Source of the DNA: Amoebidium appalachense
Lineage: Eukaryota; Protista; Ichthyosporea
Assembly (NCBI GenBank): GCA_963693365.1
Contig: CAVNZM010000010.1
Coordinates: forward strand, 7,193,794-7,257,793
DNA length: 64,000 nt
Reading direction: 5' to 3'
The notes under the pieces are model-generated. The model searched no databases, was not told where the DNA came from, and saw nothing but the letters and a program-made list of their open reading frames with translations. Below, piece after piece: positions 42,038-54,404 of the stretch. Made by a program: the position numbers and the translations under genes. Each line of letters begins with the position of its first letter. The first letter of the stretch is position 1.

Positions 42038-42603
42038 ATGGCTGATATCAAGGTTGAAACCGTCCCCTTCGACGCGCGGTTCCCCAACACCAACCAGACC
42101 AAGGCGTGCTGGCAGTACTTCGTGGACTACCACAAGGTAGGTCACGGGTGTTTTTGTGAGGTATGGGAGTGTGTGTGGAGGGGGGGATAAGATGTAGCAG
42201 TGTCCACTTTTCTAGCGTGTTCCCATGCCACCTTGCATGAATAGCTCTGCAGGGGAGTGAACTTCCTTGCATTCGTTTGAAGTTCGAGGGCACGGTCATC
42301 CGGTCGTGGATCAACGGTGGTCGTTTGGTGTGTTCCAGGTTGTGTAGTTTTTTTGTGCAGTACGTACCAGCAAACACACATAGAAGGCTTTTGCTGGGCA
42401 ATGTTCTGTGCTCAAGGAGAGGTGTGTGTGTGTGTGCGTGTGTGTGTGTTTGGTTGGGCTTTGGGGGGGGGGGGGGGGGGGGGGAGGGTGCAAGCAATGG
42501 GGTTGAACGTGTTTACTCACCAACTATGGTAAGTGCTGGCCACTGGGGAGAACATACAAGCATTGTGGCAGCATGGTTTGTGTTCTCATCCTTCTTTTTC
42601 TCC

Positions 42604-42646
<43 letters not shown>

Positions 42647-43574
42647 AGTATTCCTGGTGAGGAGGGGCAGTGGGGTGGTGGTGTTGGGGGAGAGGGAGGG
42701 ACAAAGGAGGATTATTCTCACTGGGTGTGTGCAGTGCATCAAGGCAAAGGGCGAGGACTATGCCCCCTGCAACCAGTTCTTCAAGGCCTACAAGTCTATC
42801 TGCCCCGAAGAGTGGGTACGTGCCTCCTGCAGGATGTGCACAGTGGTCTAGAGGGTGCAAGCAGTGGTTGTGTTGGGGAGATGCCTCGTATGTTGTGTTT
42901 ACAGTCTGAAATAGGGGAACAAGGACTTTTGGTATTCTTGATCCTCTCGTGATAGTTTGATTTAGGATCCCGGGGGGGGGGGGGGGGGGGGGTTAAATTT
43001 TTTTTTTTTTGTGAAGGGAGTGGGAGATTAAAGGTCCTCATGGGGTGTCTATGGTATATGGTTGTTTTTATTCGAGTTGTTATTCACACACGTGGGCACG
43101 CCCGCTCGCTCGCGCGCGCGCGCACACACACACACACACGAATGTATGTATGTATATGTATACGTATACACTTGCTCCGACCTCCCTCACCTCCTCCTTC
43201 CCTCGGGCACTGTCGATAAGCTAGGGCCCCTGTAAGATTGGGCTCTGTGCTGCAATCTACGTCGTACTGTCCGTCATGCCTGTGTACTTCGTGTTCTCTG
43301 ACCTGCTTTACCCCCCCTTTCGTGCAGCGCTTATTGATAGCCTCTCTGCATTGCAGTGTGTGCACTTATGTTACACTCATCTAAACGTGTTCATAGGATG
43401 GTGCTTTTCACACTTGGCCCCGTTGACCCCCCCCCCCCCCCCCCCCTCCCCCCCCCCCCCCCCCCCGCGGGGAAGAATGAGCTCTGCTTATTATGCATAC
43501 TCCATGTGTGGTTTGCACTCTGCATCATGTTGTCTGTTATGATTTTGTGCTTCGTGCTCTATGGTGCATTCCCT

Positions 43575-43609
<35 letters not shown>

Positions 43610-44144
43610 ACCACCACCACCACAAAAAAAAATACATACACCGCCAACCAAAAATGATTTAGTTCATATCCTTGTTTACGATTGCCGATTTCGCCTGTTT
43701 GTTTCTGTATGCCTTCAGATGCAACTTGTTGGCATCCTTACTTTGGAAAGGCAGCTCTTAGGCTACTTGCAACACACACACATGCATGCATGCATGCATG
43801 CATGGGCACAATGGCTAACACGTGAACATATTGTGAAGCAACACAGGCTATCCATATTGGTTTCAATTCACGAATATGATGTGGAAGGGTGTATGTCGCT
43901 GTGGGTGAATTTTCCTTGTTTTCTACCGGCAAAAACACGGATACTGTGGGTGTTCTGGGGTTCCCTGACGATGCACTGATGTGTTTTGTCCACTTCCTTG
44001 CCTCGTTCGTTTGGTGGTGTTACCTTCTGTCTTTGTACCACATTCTACCCCGTGAGTTCCAATCTCTAACCGGACACGCCACACCCACAGACAAGCAAGT
44101 GGGCTGAACAGATTGCCGAGGGCCGCTTTGCGTCAGAGATCTAA
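42038..44144 (+). CDS. COX6B: Cytochrome c oxidase subunit 6B (Cox12), 77 aa
   Basis: Exons 42038-42136, 42735-42815, 44091-44144, all phase-0 GT-AG; [77 protein letters not shown] with [10 protein letters not shown] and Cx9C-x10-Cx10C; branch point CTAAC at ~44066. Confidence 0.97.
43470..43580 (+). mobile_element. 5'-truncated copy of the poly(C)-ended element in COX6B intron 2
   Basis: ATGAGCTCTGCTTATTATGCATACT...TTCGTGCTCTATGGTGCATTCCCTACCCCC; a more decayed copy lies at ~43220-43317. Confidence 0.7.
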
Positions 44145-44285
44145 GGGTGATATACAAGAATGGCCACGAAGAAAGTGTCGGGCACCGGCCTACCGTCAGT
44201 TAGTGTTGCAGTATAGCCGCCAAGAATAAACCCACGGGGTCCGGTGGTGGTTCTCACTCCGGCCCACAACTGAATTGAACCTGAA

Positions 44286-44325
<40 letters not shown>

Positions 44326-47187
44326 TCCCCCTCTCCCCTCTCCCCTCCTCCTCATCCGTTGTTCTTGATGTGTGTCCCCGGATACCGGTGCATGTCTGGT
44401 TTGTGTTGCCCGTTGTAAAGTTTGAATTGTACTTTTGTACATGACTGCATACTATTGTTACATACATGACGTACACTTACACGCACACACATACACACGG
44501 GCTCTACTAAGTTGCGCATTTCGCTATTCGCAGGCTGGAAGTAAAATTATCTCTCCGGCCTTCTCTCATAGCTTCACAGGAGCTATGTTTTTGTTGTCAC
44601 AGTGTGTACTGCGAGTGGGTACACTGTGTGGATTAGCTGACAGTGTGTGTTCGCGACCGTGTGCGCGCATGTGTGTCTGTGCGTGTGTGTAGTGCCGTGT
44701 CTGCATGAGTGTGTGCCCGTGCAAAGGTATATACTGTGTGACCGTCACAATGACGTGTGATATGTGTGTACAGTCACGGTGTGTCTGTGTCTGTGTATCA
44801 CTACTTGTGTCGGACGGTACGTGACTGTGTACATATGGCACGGTTTGTGTGTGTGTGTGTGTGTGCACGTGTCTGTGACAGTGTAACCTTAAATTTGTCA
44901 CGGTGCTTCTGTAATTGTACACTGTGCACGTGTGTGTATGTTTTTGTGTTTGTTTGCAGTTGTGAAGTTCAACTGTTTGACTTCGTGTTTGTGTGTGCTG
45001 CAGCTGCACGCGGGTGCGCTCAAAGAACCGTGTTACGTGCAGGTGATCATGTGTGTTTGCACGGGCTCAAGCAAGTGCGCGCGTGCATGCCTGCATGCGC
45101 ATACGTGTGCGCTGCCTGCATTGACTCTCGTGCGTGTATACGTGCCAGTTGTGTTTAAATTTGTCACAGCCGGTATGCTTTTGTGTACACTGGCAGATAC
45201 TGTTTGATGTTTTTTGCACAACGTAGTAGCGGCTTCACTGTCCGATGCATATGTGCCCCGGAGCTTGTTACTTCAAGTACACTGCAGCTAAGTGACTTGT
45301 AACATGTGTACACGACTATATTAGACATGTACATATGTGTGCGTGGAACAGGACGCCCAACATATATAATATGTGTGTATGTGTATCGATATAAATTGTG
45401 TTTGTGTTGAGTTCCTTTGCGTTTTTGTACGTTTTCAATCAAGTGCGTGTTTGTATTTGTGTGCCGCTATATGCCGGTGCACGACGGTGCGCACTTGAGT
45501 TACACTGCCTTGTACACCAACTCAAGTTGACCAGGCAACTTTTGAAACATGTCCCGTAGAAACATACGGAACAGACAACGCTAGCGCTGGTGATAAAGGA
45601 GCTTCCTATTAGAGATAGCTGCAGCGTCAGGTGCAGCGTTACCAAATAAAACAAATGTGTTGCCTCAGGATCTCTGAATGATAAGAAATTACTAAGTTAC
45701 TAAAGTAATGACAAGTTAGATGCCCGTTGACTCCATTATTAGATCTCAGGCTGATTCATGTGTGTTGTGGACCACAATACGGTAAAGAAAACCAAGTTGA
45801 ACACAGCAGCTCACAGCTGGAGGGATAAAACAACCCATTCGCATATTTATTCATACGCTACTGTTTGACCCTTTATCAATATGTACTTCGAGCTTTTAGT
45901 AACAGTTTTCCCTAATCCCGGCACGGTTAATAATGATAGACTAGCCTGGAAGACCCACAGTGGCAACACGAACATCTGATTCATCACCCGACTGTTACAG
46001 ACCGAAAGTGGTAGTACTAAATCCTGCTGCAGCCAGAATACTTCATTCAATTAATAATAACATGAATTCTTTGCCCACCAAATTACTACATTCCATGCAC
46101 ACCATGCCAAATAATGATGTAGCAGTCACTGTGGTGTCACTGAGGCCCCCCTTCCCCCCCAAAAGTCTGTTTTTCACATTTCTCATCCCGACTAATCGAA
46201 GAAGACCTGCCATATTCGTAACTTCTGCGGAAGCTTTCGTTTAAATTTTGTTGGCAGTGCAGAGTGAATCCGTTGATGCGGCAGTCAGGCTGTTGCTGTG
46301 CAGTTGCCACGTGGAGGCGACGTCAACACAGGGAATAAACGAGGGTGTTACAGCTGTGTTTATTGGACCCCCAGTTGTGAAGGCACCCTCCCACATATGC
46401 CGCAAATGTTTGCACCAGGGTAAAGGCCATAGGTGGTGTGGATTCACCTGCCATTCATGAGTTTTCCCGTTAACATCAGGGTAAGCTTCAGATGTCCTAA
46501 ATTTGTCACAACTTTCCACTGATCCCACCAAACATCACAACACCTCAGGCAACTTTCAATGCTAGAATATGAACGAACGAACCCTCGGGGTTAGGCCCGC
46601 AAGCCAAATATCTTTAATTAAGTATCATAGTCATCAGCAGATGTGTGTGTGTGTGCGCGCGCCCGTGCGTGCCACGTGTGTGTGTGCTGTATGGGGGTGG
46701 GGAGAGGTGGAGGAGGTTTAGGCTAACCTTTCTTCGGTTGCTGTAGATAGCCGCATGTCAGTACGAGTCGAGCAGTGCAAAGGCACTGTCCAGGTCTGTG
46801 TGTTTGGCTGCTGCATCTCGCAGTAGTCGTTCGTGCGTGGTCGAGCTCTGCGCAGGAAAGCATGTCAGAAGAAACCCATGCTGACACACAGTTATAACAT
46901 GCTCGTCAAGACTTAGTTGTTGCAAAGACAAGCCCCCCCCTGCCCCCCCCCCCCCCCCCCCCCCCACCCCAACAACAACAACAACAAAAAATAAACACTC
47001 AGCCCGCCCACCCACCACCACCACTTCAGGACGCTCAATGCTCCGAGTTCCCTCAGCTCGGGGCCCACTCCTTAAACTTTGACAGAAAGATAAACAGCAC
47101 ACGCCCACACAAAAAACCAAAGTTAAAAAATATCGACAACGGCTGCTGCAGTACATTAATTGAACACGGCCGCAACATTGGCTCAGG

Positions 47188-47796
47188 CTAACCATGCCCT
47201 ATTTGTAACAACCTGTCAAAGTGCACAGAGTAGTGCAACAAGGTACCAATAGCCAAAAATGCGTCTGCCTTACTTACATTTCGGGGAACACCCTTTCTTG
47301 CCTCTCGATCGTCATCTGTATCCTCAAACTCAACCACGTTGACATGCTCCGCAAACCGCACTTTCTTAATCATGTGGGGGACGGCCATGGCATGGCTGCC
47401 CACTTTGAACTCGGAGTCTACAGGTGATGTTCCATCCGAGGTATAACAGGCATCCCATGAGGAAGACCCAAGGCAGGGTATCGCGCTACTACGTCGTGCG
47501 AGTGCAGTTTTTTTCACCGTTGCTGATGGCACAGCCAGGCACACACCGGCGCCACTTGCATCTATGTACTCTAAGCTACACCTTCTCCCTTGCTCATGCA
47601 TGTTGTTGGCCACGGGGGATAATCTACGTCCAGCCGTCCGCCGTGGAGACATCGGACACGACCGAGGAGATCCCAGTTGAGGATAAGGCCCAACACGGGA
47701 AAGTTTCGAACTCATAGCAGAACGACCGCTCGACATACTTGGAGGGCGGTCTGGCGTTGACAAAACCACCATCTCCGCTGCTGACTCCCAACTCAT
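47188..47796 (-). CDS. Ser/Arg-rich protein with PP1-docking RVxF motif (possible protein phosphatase 1 regulatory subunit)
   Basis: ATG at 47796, ~200 codons of non-repeat sequence; IKKVRFAEHVNVVEFEDTDDDREARKG. May splice at ~47246 (TTG|GTACCT) to an exon near 46847. Confidence 0.5.
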   Translation of the reverse strand: MSWESAAEMVVLSTPDRPPSMSSGRSAMSSKLSRVGPYPQLGSPRSCPMSPRRTAGRRLSPVANNMHEQGRRCSLEYIDASGAGVCLAVPSATVKKTALARRSSAIPCLGSSSWDACYTSDGTSPVDSEFKVGSHAMAVPHMIKKVRFAEHVNVVEFEDTDDDREARKGVPRNVSKADAFLAIGTLLHYSVHFDRLLQIGHG

Positions 47797-48944
47797 GTGC
47801 GGCCACACTGCAGACAGGATGGGCCTTGCCCATGCTATAATTGGCGCATCTCAGAACAGCATAGGTTTTCTGCTGTACGGCCGTGCTGAACCGGAACTGG
47901 GGCACTTGCAAAAACTATAAGGACTACGTAGCCCCGAAGGAAGGCCTAGGGCAGGCTTCCGCGGTCATCCCACACTGTTCATCGGTACCGTGATTAGGGC
48001 CAGCAATTGCAAACAAGGAACCAGAAACTGCAAAGATCTCGACGGGATCGGGTTAAAGCTACAGGTGAAGGCTTTACAGGTAAGAATACTTGATGTTGCT
48101 GTATCGGTTCGAACACTGAGCTGGGGCACAACTATGATATAATAGAACAGCCAAGACCTGCCCACTAGGCTGATACTAATATTAGTAGTCACGAAGTTAC
48201 TGAGCGCTTCTACACACCATTCCTACGACATCGAATTTTATGGTGGCAACTCACTCGCCAAAGTCTAACATGTCACAAGATGACTTCGAGTGTTTCCCCT
48301 GTCTTCTCTAAACCATAGCACGGTTTGTTTCCCCTGTCTTCTCTAAACCATAGCACGGTTTCGTTTTCAAAGTTTAATGAGTTTAGTGTTATGTTGGGCC
48401 AAGTAAAGCAGTCACAAAAAAAACGTACTTCTTGAACACAAAAGTTCACCATCTAATAACACACGCACGCTCACGCACGCCACTGGCTCAGTCAGTCTGG
48501 CTATTTGTGACGCGGTATGATGCGCCATATAAGACCGTGAACACCAATCACATCACCACCTAAAAGTGTACACACTTTGAACCATCGAGTGTAATAAGAG
48601 CAATATGTGGCATAGGATATTTATGTGTGTTAAGCATATAAAGGAAAGTTAATCTGGTGCTATAGTGGTTATAGATGTTATATTTGAATTGCGGTGATTC
48701 CTATGTATGTAGCCTATTCAACCAGCTGGTATGATGAACTTCGGCAGAAACGCAGTATCCCCAAAGACTCCAATAATGACAATGGACTTGAAGCAGATTC
48801 AAATTTCGAACCTTTTTCTCGTAAACACTTAGATAGATGTATTTATTTATCTCAGATTATTCCGTTAGAAATTGGAAGACTGGCTTATTTAGATAATCCT
48901 GATATTACGTCTATTGACTATCTGTTGAATCACGGTATGTTTAA

Positions 48945-49152
48945 CGACTTCACTTTCACTTCGATCTCTAGATCTTAGCTGTCACGTCAACTTTTTTCCC
49001 CGATTCTTCACCATAGCAGGTATATAAAGGCTTTCATTTCTTCTTTTTGTGGACTTCACTTTCACTTCGATCTCTTAGCTGTCATGTCAACTTTTTTTCC
49101 CGATTCTTCACCATGGCAGGTATATAAAGGCTTTCGTTTCTTCTTCTTGTGG
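48945..49152. repeat. Tandem duplication of ~106 bp
   Basis: GACTTCACTTTCACTTCGATCTCT...GGTATATAAAGGCTTTC occurs twice. Confidence 0.85.
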
Positions 49153-49993
49153 TGGGAGGGAGTCCCACTCAGGGGAACGTGACTGCAGCGTGTGTGTGGT
49201 TGTTGTGGCCTGGTGTATTCCTACTGCTGTGAGAGTGTGGGGGCATCTCCCTTTCGCGGAGTTTTTCGCTTGAGAAGTGGTTTCTTCAACGCCTGGTGGT
49301 CCACTGCCAGTGCAACCTATGGTAACTTCTACACGCTGTCTGCGCTTCTACGCGACCTATTGGCGGTGGGCTGCTGCAACTTCTTCAGCTACTTCTGCGC
49401 TGCGTGAGTGGAGGGGCGGCTACTTGGTCGTCGGGGAGCTTTCCAAGTGACTGCCAGTCCTTAGCCTCCAGTCGTATGGCAATTAATGACCGGGTAAATT
49501 TGCTTGCATGCATTCTGTAATTGTGTTTTTCTGTGTGTCCTGCCACAACTAGGCCAACTTATCAGAGAGCTAGATGCAGTTTCTCTGGGTTATCTAGGGG
49601 CCGGGCCCGTTGGGATTGTTTTTTAGCTCAGATTTGGTCTGCGCTGCTCTTTTAGAGGCTGACTTGCTTGCTGTGCACGTGCCTCGGTAGGTTTTGAGGG
49701 GGGCCTGTTGGGAAGCAGCAGTAATGATGTCTTCTTGCGGAGTGTAGTGTGGTCTGGTCAACATCGATGCATATGACGAGTTGGAGCAAACTAGTTTCAT
49801 GCATACACGTACACTTAAGGTTTGCCCGCTGGTGTCCTTTGTCACTTGTCGCTTTATTTTTATTTCGTAGCTTTGGCTTTTTCAGTTAATTAACGTTCTG
49901 TTGGCGGTTATGTAGCCTGTGGCTGCACGTTGCCGAGTCCATCAACGGATCAATAAAACCGAGTCAAAAAAGAAAAAAGTTTTCTAGGGTGTA

Positions 49994-51484
49994 TCTCAAA
50001 CCTATGGTAGAGCTCTCAAACCTATGGTAGAGCTGTGGTTAATGGGCATCTTTCATATGGTTTTGCTCGTACTAGAGGTCTCTTGCAGGGTTCATTGCTT
50101 AGCCCCTTTTTGTTTAACCTATTTATAGATGATTTGGCTGTCAAGATTTACGCCGAAAACGATGACCCTATTAATAACTTTCCGCCTGCACTTCTCTATG
50201 CTGATGATCTGTCCCTCCTTGCCCGTACCCCTAGACGCCTGCAAAGATTGTTCGATGTAGTGTCAGAGTGGTGCAAGGCAAACCTTATGATCCTTAACAT
50301 AGACAAATGTGGTGTTCTTGTACCTGATATAGCTAACAATTTACACACATTTACATTATCATCTAAACCTGTACCTATAGTTCCAGAATACAAATATCTT
50401 GGTGTTCCGGTTGATTCTGTTGGTGTTATGTTTCCCCATATGGTCGAAAAGAGGGTAGAGTTGGCTCGTAAGCGGTTAGCTTTCTTCTCGGCTAATATTT
50501 TTAAAGACACACCCCTCCATCCTTCTATTAGACTTACATTTATTCGCACTTTTGTCTTCCCGGCATGTGAATATGGTTTACCCCTTCTCGCCGCTTGGAT
50601 CAAGAAAGAGAGAACTAGAGCGCTTAAACCCTTGGCAAATTTCCTTGAAGCAGAAGTTGCCTCCTTTCTATCTAACAACTGTTGTAAACCTGGGCCTGTA
50701 ACGCTCTCGATATATGGTCTGGTCCCAATAGCTGCTAGAGTATCCTATCTCGCGCTGAAATTCAATAAGCACATAAGCCGCTTAAAGAAGTATTTGCCCT
50801 CCCACCCTCTCTTCTCTATCCGACCTGTCCCCTCCTCACCTCTCCCCTCTTTCCTCCCCTCTCTCTCCCCTTCTCCCCTGGGCACAAATACAAATAAACC
50901 CCGCAATAGTGTGTGTGTGACTTTGGACTGCCACTTACTTATTAAACATGTACACAATCACAAGATAATCACGCAATATAACAAATGGAAAAAGATACCA
51001 CACGACACTAGACCCGATGAAAGCATACACCTTGAAAAACTAAGCCTTATGTCTCGTTTTATATATACTGACCGCCTCAACCATATTGCCAAATATGGCA
51101 CTCGCAAGTGTATAACACCTAAATACATATTACCTTCCTGTAGAACTGGTCTTTCTCTAGCTGATGGTATTATTGATCAATTACCACGCTTTTACTGTAC
51201 ACGTGCTATACAGTGGAGATCTAATAAGTATAAGGTGGCATCATTTGCATGCCCAAACAACACACACACACACCAGTTTAACCGGTCATGTATCGCCAAA
51301 TGTAGTTTGATAGACCACATAATACCGCAACACACACACGTCACATTCACAACAGACACCCAGAAAGATAGCCTACCTGTAAATTACAACATCCTTGATT
51401 TTATACTAAACACGCGTAACTACGACCTGTTTATTAGATGTATTGATTGGCTTGAGAAACACATCACTACAAAATTATAGCGCA

Positions 51485-51553
<69 letters not shown>

Positions 51554-51585
51554 CCAGCTGATACCGAGTGTCCCGAGGGGAGCCC

Positions 51586-51640
<55 letters not shown>

Positions 51641-51837
51641 GGGGAACCCCAACTAATTGATTTCTCCTTGTAGTCTTTATGGTGTCTCGTAGAGAAAGTA
51701 AACCCTGATATATAGTCACCACCCGACATCTATGTACGTGATCATGATATACCGCTGAGGGGATATTCCGAGCAAAACCCCCCCCCCCATACCTGAGACT
51801 GGTTCTCTTTGCCTCGAGTAAACAGCGTAAACCCCCC
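49994..51837 (+). mobile_element. 5'-truncated LINE-type (non-LTR) retrotransposon, apparently young copy
   Basis: Intact 3' part of the RT ORF plus ~360-nt 3' UTR shared with 22490-24115; shared sequence ends at AGCGTAAACCCCCC; no TSD seen. Confidence 0.92.
50035..51480 (+). CDS. Reverse transcriptase ORF (C-terminal part, 5'-truncated) of the LINE
   Basis: RGLLQGSLLSPFLFNLFIDDL, LLYADDL, LNIDKC, YKYLGV motifs; C-terminal AIQWR...CPNN..H..FNRSC...C putative zinc-binding region. The GTG start is an artefact of truncation. Confidence 0.93.
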   Translation: MVNGHLSYGFARTRGLLQGSLLSPFLFNLFIDDLAVKIYAENDDPINNFPPALLYADDLSLLARTPRRLQRLFDVVSEWCKANLMILNIDKCGVLVPDIANNLHTFTLSSKPVPIVPEYKYLGVPVDSVGVMFPHMVEKRVELARKRLAFFSANIFKDTPLHPSIRLTFIRTFVFPACEYGLPLLAAWIKKERTRALKPLANFLEAEVASFLSNNCCKPGPVTLSIYGLVPIAARVSYLALKFNKHISRLKKYLPSHPLFSIRPVPSSPLPSFLPSLSPSPLGTNTNKPRNSVCVTLDCHLLIKHVHNHKIITQYNKWKKIPHDTRPDESIHLEKLSLMSRFIYTDRLNHIAKYGTRKCITPKYILPSCRTGLSLADGIIDQLPRFYCTRAIQWRSNKYKVASFACPNNTHTHQFNRSCIAKCSLIDHIIPQHTHVTFTTDTQKDSLPVNYNILDFILNTRNYDLFIRCIDWLEKHITTKL

Positions 51838-51879
51838 ATGATTATTTAAGTCGTCATCTCCTCCGTATCCGAGAGTGAG

Positions 51880-52060
51880 GGCTTTTGTATTTTCTTCTCC
51901 GAGATATCGGTGATATCTCGATGGCTTCTATTTTGCTGAGCATATCAATAAAGTCATGAAAAAAAAAAATTCAAACAAACTAGGCTTTTGTATTTTCTTT
52001 TCCGAGATATCGGTGATATCTCGATGGCTTCTATTTTGCTGAGCATATCAATAAAGTCAT
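51880..52060. repeat. Direct repeat (~78 bp, 2 copies) with internal palindrome
   Basis: GGCTTTTGTATTTTCTT.TCCGAGATATCGGTGATATCTCGATGGCTTCTATTTTGCTGAGCATATCAATAAAGTCAT at ~51880 and ~51983. Confidence 0.85.
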
Positions 52061-52194
52061 TATAAAAAAATACTGCCCGCTGCTATCGCAGTGCCGGGGC
52101 GTCTTGCTAGGCTCATTTCGCTCGAATCGGGCCACGTGCAGCCGGCCCGGCCCGGGGGGCCCGTTAGGCCGTTTGCTATTTTATACATGTCACA

Positions 52195-52650
52195 TGTTGG
52201 CTCGCTTCGCTCGCATTTTGGAGGTCATCGATATCCTGACTATCTTTTTACGTGTAGGCTTGCTTCGCTCGCATTTTGGGGGGCAATTTTGCAATTTTTT
52301 TTACGGTAGGCTCGCTTCGCTCCCATTTTCCGGGGGGGATTATAATACAGGGGACGGCCCTTGCATTCCGGGGCCCTTGAAGGATCAGAGCCGCGAACCG
52401 CAGTTCCATCACCAGTGGCCCGCTCCGCCACCAGTGTTATGCGCCTGGCTCGCTTCGTTTGCATTTGGGGGGTCTCATCGATATCCTGACTATTTTTTTA
52501 CGTTTAGGCTCGCTTCGCTCGCATTTGGGGGGCAAATTTGCTAATTTCTTTTACACGTAGGCTCTGTTCGCTCGCATTTGGTGGGCAGGTTTGCTATTTT
52601 TTATTTTTTTTTATAAATGTAGGCTCTGCTCGCTCGCATTTGGGGGCCAC
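52195..52650. repeat. Degenerate array of GCTCGCTTCGCTCGCATTT units, probably transposon subterminal repeats
   Basis: About 7 copies at ~52200, 52258, 52310, 52448, 52508, 52561, 52623, each followed by T-run/GGGG. Confidence 0.7.
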
Positions 52651-54366
52651 ACGTGCCCGTCTGACAGGCTATTGAGAGAACGTTGGCCAATCAAACAGCT
52701 TGCTCGCACCTCGATGACGTCAGTCGAACAAAAAAGCAATTGCTTCGCCTTGATTGGCCCAGCCATGAATCGCTTCGCCTTGATTGGCCCAGCCATGAGC
52801 CGCGTTTTTTTCTTAGTGTTGTAATGACAGACTGCGGCGATGCCTATTACATTGCCTAGACATTGAACACATACTTTAAATAGATTACGTAGATGTAAGG
52901 TTACAAGTGAGAAATTATTTATTTCTTGAACATGTTTCGGGCTGATATCGATATCGCAGGCGCATGCGCATGCATGCACGCAATATGAAAAATCAGCAAA
53001 GAAAACAATTATATGTATATAAGCCTAATTCTATATGTAGCCAATATCGCAAGATAAAATTATATGCTTATTATTAATTAATATGAGAATATATCTTAAC
53101 CAATTGCAAGATATTTCTGTCACTCTTGAGTATTCAAACTCTGTAAATGCAATCCTTGAGATCATCTGGATCCGACTCCGATTGAGGATGACAGCAAAAA
53201 AAATCATCGTGCAAGATAAATTTTCCGTTTGTCTAGGAGGCTTGCTACAATTATGGACAACCAATCGGCAATTTTTAGGTGTGGTCATCTATCCGGGCTC
53301 TGCATAGCCACCTTGCGCAATCCGGCTGCGTCTCACACAGGGTGTGAAATTACTATTCTGGTTAGGGGAATGTTAGGTAATGACAGTAGTTGCCTCTAGC
53401 CTGAGTTGCCCTAACTTGAGAAAGAGCTGAGTCATTTTTAGGTTCTTTTCCATTTTTTTTAATTACTTTTTCTGGCTATAAAAACGGTTGGGACACCATT
53501 GTTTAGGTCGAAGATTATAGGTGCATTCTCGAGTCTTGGGCGTCCGCGGGTGGCACAGCCCGCGAACGCCATCGGTTCGGCTGTACTTCTCCGGACCGAG
53601 TTGAGCCGCTTCAGGACAGCCTGGCCCGCAACAACGCTGCTGTATATCTGCATATAAGGGCCAAGAGCTCCACACTTTCTGCAAACAGCACACAAAAAAA
53701 ATGATAAACAGAATATAAGGCCCTGATAGCTATCTTTTGGGTGGGACAGATTATGAAATTTTTGACTGTTGCAATTTTTCATCCCAACCATGATGGCCCC
53801 GAGGTTATTCGGGTCAAAAAAAACGTCGGCCAATTTGCGGTTTTGATCGGGCCAGCTGGCCACAACCCGCAGGCCCACTGAGCAAGCCACGGCCAGCGCT
53901 TGGCCACGGCCTGGGCCAGCTTCTGTGATAGACCTTTCTTGTACAACTCTCCTGGGTGCATATTAAACGTAGTCTGAGTTTGCAATATTATTGCAATATT
54001 ATATATTATGATAACGTAGTCGTCATGCATTACTTCGTTGCAGAATCGTACAGGGTGCTCTGAACTCTGAAGTTCTGCGAACCGTATTATGACTCGAACC
54101 GGCCAGCTGCGCGCGCCTCCGGACTCGGCCGGAGACCGGCGGTCATCTTACCAAGAAGTCTTTTAAAGATTTACCTTTATTGGTACATGGTCACGCGTTC
54201 TTGCTGACTATAGTTACGTAAGCCTGGCAAGCCCGGATGGACTCCAAGTTTGAGGCGAGAGCTCTGCGGCTGCAGGGCGAGAAGAGAACCTGATAATTAC
54301 TGAGGGAATTCATCACATCATATTATATTTTCGAGCAACAGAGTGTATGCAAAAGCTACCTGCTTT

Positions 54367-54404
<38 letters not shown>

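Noticed and set aside
48694-48978. AT-rich 94-aa ORF
   Set aside because: GTG start, no recognisable motif, and it runs into a tandem duplication; possibly a decayed TE or viral relic but unsupported.
49180-49960. Purine-skewed minus-strand stretch resembling decayed coding sequence
   Set aside because: Multiple stops and no identifiable domain.
51750-51832. TPP riboswitch-like words in the LINE 3' UTR (GCTGAG...ACCC...ACCTGA..CTGG...CAGCGTA)
   Set aside because: The AGG needed to close P4 and the 5' GGG partner of P2 are missing, and the second copy has CAGCATA. An Infernal search with the TPP model would settle it.
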